Position numbers and translations under genes: made by a program. 64,000 nucleotides of DNA, taken from NCBI GenBank assembly GCA_963788195.1, contig CAWBGA010000013.1, positions 288,001 to 352,000 on the forward strand, written 5' to 3'. Source of the DNA: Nitrospirota bacterium. Lineage in GTDB: Bacteria > Nitrospirota > Nitrospiria > Nitrospirales > NS-4. Positions within the stretch are counted from its first letter, which is position 1; the number at the start of each line of letters is the position of its first letter. Of this stretch, positions 12,202 through 22,180 are shown piece after piece. The notes under the pieces were generated by a model that saw only the letters and a list, made by a program, of their open reading frames with translations, was not told the DNA's origin and ran no database searches.

Positions 12202-13828
12202 CACTCCACGAGATTTCGATCTCCCCGACGCCGTGGCCGCGCCGAAGCGGCGTTGGAAGCTGTCTGTCGTCTGGCTGATCCCTCTCGTGGCCGTCGTGAT
12301 CGGCGGGTGGCTCGCGGTGAAGGCCGTGCTCGACAAGGGGCCAACGATCACGATCAGCTTCAAGACGGCCGAAGGACTGGAGGCGGGCAAGACCAAGATC
12401 AAGTACAAGGACGTCGATGTGGGTCTAGTGACGTTGGTTACGCTCAGCAAAGATCTTAAGGGTGTCGTGGCGACCGCAGAGCTTGTCAAGGGGGCCAAGC
12501 CCTACATGGTCGAGGACGCCCGCTTCTGGATCGTGCGGCCCCGGGTCGCCGGCGGTGTGGTCTCCGGGCTCGGGACATTGTTCTCCGGCTCCTATATCGG
12601 TGTGGACCTCGGGAAATCCGGCAAGGCCCGGCGTGACTTCGTCGGCCTCGAAACGCCCCCGATCGTCACCGGTGATGTCCCGGGCCGTCAGTTTGTCCTG
12701 CACAGTGAGAATCTCGGCTCGCTCGACGTCGGCTCGCCGGTCTACTTCCGGCGGGTAGCAGTGGGACAGGTGGTGGCCAGCGAGCTCGACAAGGACGGCC
12801 AGGGCGTGACATTCAAGATCTTCCTGAACGCGCCGCACGACCAGTACGTGAATCCGAACTCGCGGTTCTGGAACGCGAGCGGGATTGATGTCACCCTGGA
12901 CTCGACAGGGATCAAGGTGGACACCCAATCCCTCGCATCAATTCTCATCGGCGGCATCGCGTTCGAAACGCTGCCGGGTTCGTCGGCGGAATCGCCGGCC
13001 GAGGCAAACACCATGTTCGCCTTGGCTAGTAGCCGGGCCGAGGCTATGAAGCGTCCGGACGCGATGTCCGTGCCTGCCGTCCTGCTCTTCACGGACTCGC
13101 TTCGCGGTCTTGCGATTGGATCGCCCGTGGAATTCCGGGGGATAAACATTGGCGAGGTCAAATCCATGGAAGTGGAATTTGACCAGGCACACAACGAGTT
13201 CCGCTTCCCGGTTGGGGTTGCAATTTATCCCCAGCGTCTGTTGGCGCTCGCTCCCGCTGCTTCACAACAGGTCCAGTTTGACGAGGCCAGCCGCAAGGCG
13301 AGATGGAATGCGATGGTCGAGCGTGGACTGCGCGGTCAGCTTAGGTCTGGAAGCTTGCTGACGGGCCAACTGTACGTGAGCATGGACTTCTTTCCCAATG
13401 CGCCTAAGGCCCATGTGGATTGGACGAGAACGCCGCCCGTCTTGCCGACGGTTCCGGGTGTAATGACGGAGATACAGGAAACCCTTTCTAACCTTGCAAG
13501 GAAACTTCAGAATGTGCCGTTGGACCAGATCGGCGGCGATATCCGCCTAGCCCTCAAGAGCATGACCCGCACGCTTGAGAGTGCAGACAAGCTCGTGAAG
13601 GGACTCGACGCGGACGTGGTGCCTGCGGCGAGTACCGCCCTGAATGAAGCGCGCAAGACCCTCATCTCGGCGGAGCGCAGCCTCAACGCTGATGCACCGC
13701 TGCAGCAGGACGTGCGCGGGACGCTTCGTGAGCTCAGCCGGGCGGCACAGGCCCTGCGCGTGCTCGCCGATTATCTCGAGCGCCATCCCGAGTCGCTGAT
13801 TCAGGGCAAGAAAGCGCAAAAACCGTGA
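12194..13828 (+). CDS. pqiB: Intermembrane transport protein PqiB (three MCE domains)
   Basis: VWLIPLVA, GPTITISFKTAEGLEAGKT, LGSLDVGSPVYFR, GLRGQLRSGSLLTGQLYV, LERHPESLIQG. Confidence 0.93.
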   Translation: MANTPRDFDLPDAVAAPKRRWKLSVVWLIPLVAVVIGGWLAVKAVLDKGPTITISFKTAEGLEAGKTKIKYKDVDVGLVTLVTLSKDLKGVVATAELVKGAKPYMVEDARFWIVRPRVAGGVVSGLGTLFSGSYIGVDLGKSGKARRDFVGLETPPIVTGDVPGRQFVLHSENLGSLDVGSPVYFRRVAVGQVVASELDKDGQGVTFKIFLNAPHDQYVNPNSRFWNASGIDVTLDSTGIKVDTQSLASILIGGIAFETLPGSSAESPAEANTMFALASSRAEAMKRPDAMSVPAVLLFTDSLRGLAIGSPVEFRGINIGEVKSMEVEFDQAHNEFRFPVGVAIYPQRLLALAPAASQQVQFDEASRKARWNAMVERGLRGQLRSGSLLTGQLYVSMDFFPNAPKAHVDWTRTPPVLPTVPGVMTEIQETLSNLARKLQNVPLDQIGGDIRLALKSMTRTLESADKLVKGLDADVVPAASTALNEARKTLISAERSLNADAPLQQDVRGTLRELSRAAQALRVLADYLERHPESLIQGKKAQKP

Positions 13829-14430
13829 CGCGAATTCGCTTCGGCATCGCTACCTCATCCCTCGTCGCCGCGATCCTCGTGGGCTGCGGCGGCTCTCCTG
13901 AGCCGCGCTTCTATACCATGGGCGGGGGAGCGATCCCGGCCAGTGACAGAAACGAGAAAGCGACGGCGGAGTACACTGTCGCAGTCGGGCCGGTCAGTCT
14001 GCCTGAGTCTGTGGATCGTCCGCAGATCGTCGTGCGTGCCGGGGCCAACCAGGTCTCCATTATGGAGCAGCACCGGTGGGCAGCCCCTCTCAGAAGCGAG
14101 ATTGCCCGTGTAATCGCTGAGGACCTTGCGCAATTGCTCGGCAACAGGCTGGTCTCGTCCTATGAGCAGAACACTGCTCGTCCAGACATTCAAGTGTCGG
14201 TGGACCTGCAGCGCTTCGACTCAACCCTCGGCGAGACCGTCACGATCGATACCCTCTGGTCGGTTCGCCGCTCTCCCGATGGTCAACCGAAAACCGGCCG
14301 GTCGCTGATCCAGGAGCCGGCGGGCGGGGAAGGCTATGATGCGCTGGTGGCCGCGCACAGCCGCGCGCTTGCCAAGGTGAGCAGCGATATCGCGGAGGCC
14401 ATCCGCTCGACTAACACGATGGCACGCTAA
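13825..14430 (+). CDS. pqiC: PqiC-type auxiliary lipoprotein
   Basis: Lipobox LVGC; VGPVSLPESVDRPQIV, HRWAAPL; follows pqiB. Confidence 0.88.
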   Translation: MTRIRFGIATSSLVAAILVGCGGSPEPRFYTMGGGAIPASDRNEKATAEYTVAVGPVSLPESVDRPQIVVRAGANQVSIMEQHRWAAPLRSEIARVIAEDLAQLLGNRLVSSYEQNTARPDIQVSVDLQRFDSTLGETVTIDTLWSVRRSPDGQPKTGRSLIQEPAGGEGYDALVAAHSRALAKVSSDIAEAIRSTNTMAR

Positions 14431-14476
14431 GGTCCCGCAGTTCTGTTCAGCCTTTCTGCGATATCCGGGGCGCACT

Positions 14477-14612
14477 CCGATAACATGAGCTAGTCTACGT
14501 GCGCGCCTAAAGGTCCTGATCGCGCGCAGCGGCGCTGGTGCTGCTCTCTCGCCCCTGTCATTTCTGACAGTATCAGCTTTTTACCGCGTGGTATACGGTC
14601 ACCATTTGTCGA
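14477..14612 (+). repeat. Direct repeat copy A (~130 bp, contains CTGTCA-N4-TGACAG site)
   Basis: ccgataacatgagctagtctacgtgcgc...ggtcctgatcgcgcgcagcggc...ctgacagta...tacggtcacc repeated from 14951. Confidence 0.85.
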
Positions 14613-14740
14613 GTACGCCTAGACGCGGCTTCGCTTGTCTGGCTGCACACGGCGCAAGGGGATTTCAAAGACGATGACAAAAAGGGCAATCTCGGCTGCG
14701 TCGAATATGCGGTGCGCCTTTAAATGAAGGGGGCAAGGCC

Positions 14741-14962
14741 ATGTGCACTGTCAGAACGAGGGTCGTACCCGCAGGAGAAACGCTTACTAATGATCTGATC
14801 TCTTGTCGTGACTGCGGCGCGACAGACTTGGATGTTTTTTATACCTCTCCACAGGATTGCTATCATCTCTGCTCTGACTGCTTTCACATCGCACAGCGCA
14901 GCGATACGGTTTCTAGAGATGCCGTCCTGCAGCGCCGACTGGACCGCACCCCGATAACATGA
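14741..14962 (+). CDS. Small Cys-rich hypothetical protein (possible zinc finger)
   Basis: CRDC and CSDC pairs; G-rich RBS-like stretch upstream; no family recognised. Confidence 0.35.
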   Translation: MCTVRTRVVPAGETLTNDLISCRDCGATDLDVFYTSPQDCYHLCSDCFHIAQRSDTVSRDAVLQRRLDRTPIT

Positions 14963-15133
14963 GCTAGTCTACGTGCGCACCTAGAGGTCCTGATCGCGCG
15001 CAGCGGCACCGGTGCTGCTCTCTCGCCCAGCCTGTTATTTCTGACAGTAGCAACCTTTTCCGGCGTCATGTACGGTCACCCATATTGCGGCCGAGCCGGG
15101 AGGGTTTCCCCTCGGCGCGACCATTTGTCGAGT
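14951..15133 (+). repeat. Direct repeat copy B (with ~40 bp extra sequence)
   Basis: Matches 14477-14612; resumes with accatttgtcgagt after an insertion. Confidence 0.85.
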
Positions 15134-15174
15134 GGACTACATTCTGCATTCAAAAGATCAAGGAGGCTTTGAAA

Positions 15175-15720
15175 ATGAACAGGAAAATGATCAATACGCT
15201 CCTGGCGGCGGTCGTGATGATTACGAGCGTTGGGTTTGGCTCGTTTGCCTTTGCTGAGGAAGGTACGGTCAGGGCCATGGCCCCGTGGAAAGGCCAGGGG
15301 TTCGCGTTCCCAGTCGGCGAAGATACGGCGTACATGGTGGCCGTTTACTCCGGGACCATGTTTGTAGAGGACGCGAAAGGGGCCTTGCACGCGGGCTCGA
15401 TCGTGTGTCCGGGCACGGTGGAAGGAAATTTCAAGACGATGACGAAAACGGGGCAGGGCCGGTGCATCATCACCAATGAAGACGGCGACCGGATCTATGC
15501 GCGATTCACTTGCAAAGGCGACATGGAAGGTTGCCGCGGGACGTTCAAGCTGGACGGCGGCACCGGCAGGTTTTCCGGGATCACCGGCGAGGGCGAGATG
15601 GTGTCGCAGCTTCAGGCGCGCGCGGTGACCGTCGTGGCTGGCTTTGACCCTGCACATCAGGTCAGCGAAGGGGTTATCGTCTGGCCGAAGCTGAAATACA
15701 ACATTCCAGAAGCGAAATAA
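15175..15720 (+). CDS. Secreted hypothetical protein
   Basis: AGGAGG RBS, signal peptide ending AFA, beta-rich, with GGTGRFSGITGEG. Confidence 0.7.
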   Translation: MNRKMINTLLAAVVMITSVGFGSFAFAEEGTVRAMAPWKGQGFAFPVGEDTAYMVAVYSGTMFVEDAKGALHAGSIVCPGTVEGNFKTMTKTGQGRCIITNEDGDRIYARFTCKGDMEGCRGTFKLDGGTGRFSGITGEGEMVSQLQARAVTVVAGFDPAHQVSEGVIVWPKLKYNIPEAK

Positions 15721-15765
15721 CCGACCGCCGAACGCAGCCGCCGTCACACACACTGGAGGAAAGAC

Positions 15766-16236
15766 ATGCGTACGAACAGAATTGCAGTGCTCACTTTCGC
15801 ACTGGGCCTGGTCCTCATCTCGACCACCGCTCAGGCGCAGTCGTTCGTGTTTCCGGAGAAGGGGCAGAGTCCGGAGCAACAGCAGCAGGATGAGTTCGCC
15901 TGCCATCAGTGGGCGAAGCAACAAACGGGGATTGATCCGGTCCAGCAGATGGCGACGGCCCCTCCGCCTCCCCCTGAGCAGGGGGGCGCACTCCGCGGCG
16001 CGGGCCGGGGCGCCGCGCTCGGCGCAGTCGGAGGCGCCATCGGCGGGGATGCGGGCAAGGGCGCGGCCATCGGCGCGGGCGTGGGTGCGGCAGCGGGCGC
16101 GCATCGAAGGCGGCAAGGCGAGATGCAGTACCAGCAGCAGGTGCAGCAACAGTCTGCCCAGCAACAGCAGAGCCAGCAAACCTTCAACCGAGCTTACAGT
16201 ACCTGCCTTGGGGGCAAGGGATACAAAGTCGGATAA
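15766..16236 (+). CDS. Glycine-zipper (YMGG-like) exported protein
   Basis: FPEKGQSPEQQQQDEFACHQWA; GAALGAVGGAIGGDAGKGAAIGAG; CLGGKGYKV. Confidence 0.85.
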   Translation: MRTNRIAVLTFALGLVLISTTAQAQSFVFPEKGQSPEQQQQDEFACHQWAKQQTGIDPVQQMATAPPPPPEQGGALRGAGRGAALGAVGGAIGGDAGKGAAIGAGVGAAAGAHRRRQGEMQYQQQVQQQSAQQQQSQQTFNRAYSTCLGGKGYKVG

Positions 16237-16324
16237 CTGAAAGGAGAGACACGGCACACTCCCGGTACCATGCAGGAAATGAGTACCGGCCGGCCGCACG
16301 CTTGAAGATTGCGAGTCGGAAAAG

Positions 16325-16717
16325 TCAGATGAGTTCGATCTGTGCGTGATGTCCGGGAGCCGAGGCAAAGGCGGCATCGCGCGTGAGCAATGGCGAAGCA
16401 AGGGCTTCCGCGAGGGCGATGTAGGCTGCGTCGTAGGCCGTGACATTGTGACGCAGCTCCCAGATTCTGGGCAGCAACAGATCATGCGGATAACGGGTCA
16501 GGGGGAAGTCCGCGAGGTCTTCAAGCGCCTGGAGGCCTCGCGTTGGATTGAGTTCACCGGTCAGGGCGTAGCGGCGAAGGACTTGCGCAATTTCGAGATC
16601 GAGCAGGTGTGGTGTGTGAAGGGTCTCGTTCTCGGCAAACAGCCGACGGGCGACTAGAGATCCGGCGGATGTGTTGAGCAGCACTTCGAGAAGGGCCGAC
16701 GCGTCAACGACGATCAC
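16325..16717 (-). CDS. vapC: VapC PIN-domain toxin, copy 2 (intact)
   Basis: MIVVDASALLEVLL...LDLEIAQVLRR...TAYDAAYIALAEAL..LLTRD. Confidence 0.92.
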   Translation of the reverse strand: MIVVDASALLEVLLNTSAGSLVARRLFAENETLHTPHLLDLEIAQVLRRYALTGELNPTRGLQALEDLADFPLTRYPHDLLLPRIWELRHNVTAYDAAYIALAEALASPLLTRDAAFASAPGHHAQIELI

Positions 16718-16944
16718 CGACCCTCGCGCTCGGCTCTGACGGCTTTGGCCGGCGGGACCGTGGGCGTCACCGCGGTCCGATGAGCCAGGCGGTCTCTTAA
16801 CTCGGCGACTGTGGGGCGTTCGGCGACGCGCCGGACCTCTTGAAGAAGGTAGTCGGACAATGACAGCCCCGAGAGGGCCGCTCGGGCTTTCAGCTTCCGG
16901 TGGAGGTCATCCGGAACGTGACGGAGTTGGATCATCTTTGACAT
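16714..16944 (-). CDS. FitA/VapB-like RHH antitoxin, copy 2
   Basis: Near-identical to 2531-2761; GTGA overlap with toxin. Confidence 0.87.
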   Translation of the reverse strand: MSKMIQLRHVPDDLHRKLKARAALSGLSLSDYLLQEVRRVAERPTVAELRDRLAHRTAVTPTVPPAKAVRAEREGR

Positions 16945-16950
16945 GTGCTC

Positions 16951-16979
16951 AGCATACTTGCATGTCGTGCACATGTCAA
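16951..16979 (-). promoter_or_regulatory. sigma70 promoter of TA operon, copy 2
   Basis: Minus strand TTGACA-17 bp-TATGCT-GAGCAC-ATG. Confidence 0.72.
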
Positions 16980-17026
16980 CGGGCACGACCGGGGACCGTT
17001 TTCGTTCCGCCACATAGGGACACAAC

Positions 17027-18021
17027 ATGAAAACCACACGCAGACAAAACCTCCTCGCCGCCGCGCTCATTTGCGGCCTGGCTTTCACCACAACCGTGGC
17101 TCAGGCTACCGATCCGCTTCCATTGTGGAACGACGGGCTGGCGAAGAAGTCCATCACCGAATTCGTGGCGAAGGTGACCAAGGAAGGCTCGCCGGACTTT
17201 GTCCCGCCCGCCGAGCGCATCGCGGTATTCGACAACGACGGCACGCTGTGGGCCGAGCAGCCGATGTATTTCCAACTCGCCTTCGCGCTTGACCGCGTCA
17301 GGGCGCTCGCGCCGCAGCATCCCGAATGGAAGGACAAGGAGCCGTTCGCCTCGCTGCTCAAGGGCGACCTCAAAGGCGCGCTCGCCGGCGGCGAACCGGC
17401 CATTTTCCAGATCGTCATGGCGACGCATACCGGCATGACAACCGAAGAGTTCGAGAAGATCGTGAAGGACTGGCTCGCCACGGCAAAACATCCGAAGACC
17501 AAGCGGCCCTACACCGAGATGGTCTATCAGCCGATGCTCGAGCTGCTCGCCTACCTGCGCGCGAACGGCTTCAAGACGTTCATCGTGTCCGGCGGCGGCA
17601 TCGAGTTCATGCGCCCGTGGACGGAGAAGGTCTACGGCATCCCGCCCGAGCAGGTCGTCGGCAGCAGCGGCAAGCTCAAGTTCGAGCTGCGCGACGGAAA
17701 GCCCGTGCTCGTGAAGCTGCCCGAGCTCAACTTCATCGACGACAAGGCCGGCAAGCCCGTCGGCATCCAGCAGCACATCGGCCGCCGCCCGATCCTGGCC
17801 TTCGGCAACTCCGACGGCGATCTGCAGATGCTGCAATGGACGGCTGCGGGCAGTGGCGCGCGCTTCTGGGCCTGATCGTCCACCATACCGATGCCGAGCG
17901 CGAATGGGCCTACGACCGCAAGTCGCACATCGGCACGCTCGACAAGGCGCTCGACGAGGCGACGACGAAGGGGTGGACGGTGGTGGACATGAAGAAGGAT
18001 TGGAAACGCATTTTCCCGTAA
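17027..18021 (+). CDS. Exported HAD-family hydrolase/phosphatase, copy 2 (one indel near 17870)
   Basis: Signal peptide; FDNDGTLW; AFGNSDGD; C-terminal HHTDAEREWAYDR...VDMKKDWKRIFP in the next frame. Confidence 0.9.
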
Positions 18022-18419
18022 AAACTCTGTTCGTCGTGACTGCGGTGATTGAGGCAGGGACCGGCCTGGCGCTGGCAATAGCACCATCGGTGCTGGTTGC
18101 GATACTGCTCGGTTCATCGCTCGACACGCCCGCGGGCTTGATGGTCGGGCGGATCACTGGGGCGGCGCTGCTCTCATTGGGCCTCGCCTGTTGGCTGGCG
18201 CGCGATGACGAACAGAGCCGGGCAGCGACCGGCTTGATCGCGGCCATGTTGCTGTATAACACGGCTGTTGCCGCTGCCCTCGTTTATGCCGGGATCGGCA
18301 TGGGACTTTTTGGTATCGGCCTCTGGCCGGCAGTTCTGCTTCACGCAGCGCTGGCGGTATGGTGCCTTGCGCGCCTTCGGATCAAGCGGGTGAACGTGGC
18401 GGCAGAAAATAGCCAATGA
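18018..18419 (+). CDS. Small multi-pass membrane protein, copy 2 (start uncertain)
   Basis: KTLFVVTAVIEAGTGLALAIAP...GLWPAVLLH; abuts HAD stop and overlaps FGE start. Confidence 0.7.
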   Translation, partial: VKTLFVVTAVIEAGTGLALAIAPSVLVAILLGSSLDTPAGLMVGRITGAALLSLGLACWLARDDEQSRAATGLIAAMLLYNTAVAAALVYAGIGMGLFGIGLWPAVLLHAALAVWCLARLRIKRVNVAAENSQ

Positions 18420-19655
18420 GCAAAGCCAGATCAACAAGCAATCCTCCGCCATCCACGCGCAAGGCCTGGGTGTGGGTGGGCGCGGTGGTACTGGTCCTTG
18501 CCGGCGCGGCCGGATGGTATTACGTCTCGACCGGTGCGCGCCACTCGGCGCCGAATCCGGTGGCCGACATGCCCGGCTCGCATTGCGAGGAGGGCGTCTC
18601 CGCCGCGCGGCTGAGAGCCGGCCTGCAGAGCGGCGAGGCAAATGCCACGGCCGGCGCTCAGCAGAACGCACCGCAGGCGGCGTCGGCGGACACCGCTCCA
18701 CGTGTCAATTCAACAGCCGCTCCAGGTCCGACGCCGGATGGCATGGTCTGGATTCCCGGCGGCGAGTTCTGGATGGGTGCCGATTACTTTCCCGACGCCA
18801 AACCCTGGCACCGCGTCTATGTCGATGGGTTTTGGATGGACAAGACCGAAGTCACGAACGAGCAGTTCGAGAAATTCGTGAAGGCGACCAAGTATGTGAC
18901 TGTGGCAGAGCGCACGCCCCGCGCCGATGATTTCCCCGGCGCGCCGCCTGAGAATCTCGTCGCCGGCTCCGTCGTCTTCTCGCCGCCCGATAGTCCCGTG
19001 AAGCTGCACGATCATTTCCAATGGTGGAGCTACGTGAAGGGTGCCGACTGGCGCCATCCCGAACGCCCGCAGAGCGGAATCAAGGACCGGGGAAACTATC
19101 CCGTGGTGCACATCGCTTACGAAGACGCGCTGGCATACGCGAAGTGGGCGGGCAAGCGCTTGCCGACCGAAGCTGAGTTCGAGTTCGCCGCAGCGCGGTG
19201 GGCTCGATCGCAAGCCCTACGCCTGGGGCGATGAGTTCAAACCAGGCGGCAAGTTCATGGCCAACACGTTTCAAGGCCATTTCCCGGACAAGAACATGCC
19301 GGAGGATGGCTTCGCCGCCACGGCCCCGGCCGCCTCATTCCCGCCCAACGGCTTCGGGTTGTACGACATGTCCGGCAACGTGTGGGAATGGGCCAGCGAC
19401 TGGTACCGCCCTGACTATTACCAAACGCTGATCGCGCAGGGGCCGCTCACGCGCAACCCGCAAGGGCCGGCGGACAGCTTCGATCCGAGCGAGCCCGGCG
19501 TGAAAAAGAAAGTGCAAAAGGGCGGCTCGTTCCTCTGCACCGATCAGTACTGCGCGCGCTACATGCCGGGTGGCCGCGGCAAGGGGGAGCCCGAGACCGG
19601 CACGAACCATCTGGGATTCCGTTGCGTGCAATCCGCATCGGTAGCCGGCCAGTAG
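18416..19655 (+). CDS. Formylglycine-generating enzyme, copy 2 (one indel near 19190)
   Basis: N-terminal TM; RLPTEAEFEFAA; GNVWEW; KGGSFLCTDQYCARY...NHLGFRC. Confidence 0.92.
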
Positions 19656-19697
19656 AACAGACGTGATTCATGAGCAACGAATTAAGGGAGAACGAGA

Positions 19698-21324
19698 ATG
19701 AACAGCAATCACAATACCATTCTGAAGGCCCTAGCCGTGGCAGTTGCGGCCCTGGCCTTCGCCATGACCGCCCCGTTTGGGTGGGCGGCGGATAAGAAAC
19801 CCAACATCGTCGTCATCATGGGCGACGACATCGGCATCTGGAACATCGGCGCTTACCACCGCGGCATGATGGCCGGGCGGACGCCGAACCTCGATAAGCT
19901 CGCCAAGGAAGGAATGCTGTTCACCGACTACTACGCCGAGGCGAGTTGCACGGCGGGTCGCGCGAACTTCATCACCGGCGAGATTGCCGATCCGCACCGG
20001 CATGACCACGGTCGGCCAGGCGGGCGCGCCAGATCGGGCTGCCCGCCGAGGCCTGCACCATCGCCACGGCGCTCAAGGACATGGGTTATGCCACGGGCCA
20101 GTTCGGCAAGAACCACCTCGGCGATCTCAATGAGTTCCTGCCCACCGTCCACGGCTTCGATGAGTTCTTCGGCTACCTGTATCACCTCGACGCGATGGAG
20201 GACCCCGCGCACCCCGCCTACCCGCAGGAGCTGCTGGACAAGGTCGGCCCGCGCAACATGGTCCACTCGCTGGGCCACCGACAAGGACGACGCGACCGAG
20301 ATGCCGCGCTGGGGCAAGATCGGCAAGCAGAAGATCGAGGACGCCGGCACGCTCTATCCCAAGCGGATGGAGACGGTGGACGACGAGATCCGCGACTTTC
20401 GCTCTCAAGTTCATGGACAAGGCCAAGGCGGACGGCAAGCCGTTCTTCGTCTGGCTGAACCCGACCCGCATGCACATCGTCACGCACCTCTCGGAGAAGT
20501 ATGAGAAGCTGCGCAACTCGAAGAATGGCTGGTCCCTTCACGAAGCCGGCATGGCCCAGCTCGACGACATCGTCGGCGACGTGATGAAGAAGCTCAAGGA
20601 CATGGGCGTGGACGACAACACCATCGTCGTGTTCACCACCGACAACGGCACCGAGAACTTCACCTGGCCGGATGGCGGCAACACGCCGTTCTTCGGAGGC
20701 AAAGGGCACGGTCTATGAAGGCGGCTTCCGCGCGCCGGCCATGATTCGCTGGCCCGGCAACGTGCCGGCTGGCACGGTCGAGAACGGCATCATCTCCGGC
20801 ATGGACTGGTTCCCGACGTTCCTCGCCGCCGCCGGCAATCCGAACATCACAGAAGAATTGCTCAAGGGCAAGAAGATCGGCGACCGGACCTACAAGAACC
20901 ATCTCGACGGCTACAACCAGATGGACATGATCACCGGCAAAGGGCCGTCGAATCGCCACGAGATCTTCTACTTCGGCGAAAGCACCCTCGGCGCGGTGCG
21001 GATCGACGACTTCAAGTATCGCTTCATCGACCAGCCCAACGGCTGGCTCGGCGGCAAGATCCATGTGGACGTGCCGGCTCTCACTAACCTGCGCCTCGAT
21101 CCTTTCGAGCGCACGGGACTGGCCGGAGAACGGGACACTAACGGCTCGTACGAGTACTTTGGATGGTTCAAGTACGAGTTCTGGCGCTTCGTGTTTGTCC
21201 AGCAGGAAGTGGCGAAGCTGGCCAGACGGTCATCGAATATCCGCCCATGCAGAAGGGCGCGAGCTTCAACCTCGATGCCGTGAAAGCGGAGATCGAGGCC
21301 GCCAGGGCGGCAATGGGTAAATAA
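19698..21324 (+). CDS. Exported arylsulfatase with CTAGR motif, copy 2 (split by indels)
   Basis: [26 protein letters not shown]; colinear with 4445-6065. Confidence 0.9.
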
Positions 21325-21339
21325 AGGGATGACCTTCAT

Positions 21340-21370
21340 GGCGGGAGGCTCGCAAGGGCCGCCCGCCTTT
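21340..21370 (+). terminator. Possible intrinsic terminator hairpin
   Basis: GGCGGGAGGCTC-GCAA-GGGCCGCCCGCC followed by only TTT, just after the sulfatase stop. Confidence 0.45.
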
Positions 21371-21445
21371 GCGCGACATGCGCTGGGATCTGGTTTTCTA
21401 TGAACGAACGGACAACGGGCTCTTGTAAAAAAGGGAGATACGAAA

Positions 21446-22078
21446 ATGAAAACATGGACGATTCACATCGCATCCGCGGCCGCACTCTGCATCACGGTCG
21501 GCCTTGCGGGTTGTGCTGACACAGCGAAGGAATCGGCTTCGGCATCGCGTGAGCCGGCAGTCGCGCCCGCGCCCGCGTCGCCCGCGGTGAGCGGCGTCGT
21601 CCGCGAGGGTATCGTGTCCGCGACCGCTACCGTAAGCGCCATTGACCAGGACACACGCCAGGTCGCGCTGCAGCGTGCCGATGGGTCGGTGATCAAGTTC
21701 CGCGCTGGTGAGAATGTGCGGAACCTCGCGCAGGTGAAGGTCGGCGACGAGGTAACCGCGACCTACTACGAATCGCTCGTCTACGAGGTGAAGAAACCGG
21801 GAGAGGCGGCGTTGGGAGGCGCTATCGCTGAGGGAACGGAGCGGGCCAAACTCGGGGAGATGCCGGGTGGCGCCGCAGCACGGGTGATTGTGCTGAACGC
21901 TGCGATCGCGGCTATTGACAAGCCCGCGGGGACGGTCACGTTGCGAGGTCCGAGTGGCGACACGACCACCATCAAGGCGCGCGACCCGCAGAAGCTCGAC
22001 CGGGTGGCCGTCGGCGAGATCGTCGAGATCACCTACACCGAGGCGGTTGCGATCGCGGTGGAGACGCCGAAGAAGTAG
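21446..22078 (+). CDS. Hypothetical lipoprotein with two OB-fold-like repeats
   Basis: Lipobox LAGC; repeated units ATVSAID..TRQVAL...VKVGDEVTATYYE and AAIAAID...TVTL...VAVGEIVEITYTE. Confidence 0.75.
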   Translation: MKTWTIHIASAAALCITVGLAGCADTAKESASASREPAVAPAPASPAVSGVVREGIVSATATVSAIDQDTRQVALQRADGSVIKFRAGENVRNLAQVKVGDEVTATYYESLVYEVKKPGEAALGGAIAEGTERAKLGEMPGGAAARVIVLNAAIAAIDKPAGTVTLRGPSGDTTTIKARDPQKLDRVAVGEIVEITYTEAVAIAVETPKK

Positions 22079-22180
22079 AAGAAGAAACAAGATGGAGTTA
22101 CCCGTGAGAAGACGACGGGCCTGAAGTGAAGGCCGGAGCGACATCGAGTTGATGAGGTGAACGGAGAGGAGAAACACGCC

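Noticed and set aside
14477..15133. Repeats as integron attC sites (suggested by the opposite-strand TA modules)
   Set aside because: No RYYYAAC...GTTRRRY boundaries, only two copies, no integron integrase; better explained as a duplicated leader.
15076..16485. Long antisense ORFs (469 aa here; also 16976-18262, 24704-25906, 30022-31146, 42386-43603)
   Set aside because: Shadow ORFs opposite well-supported genes in GC-rich DNA.
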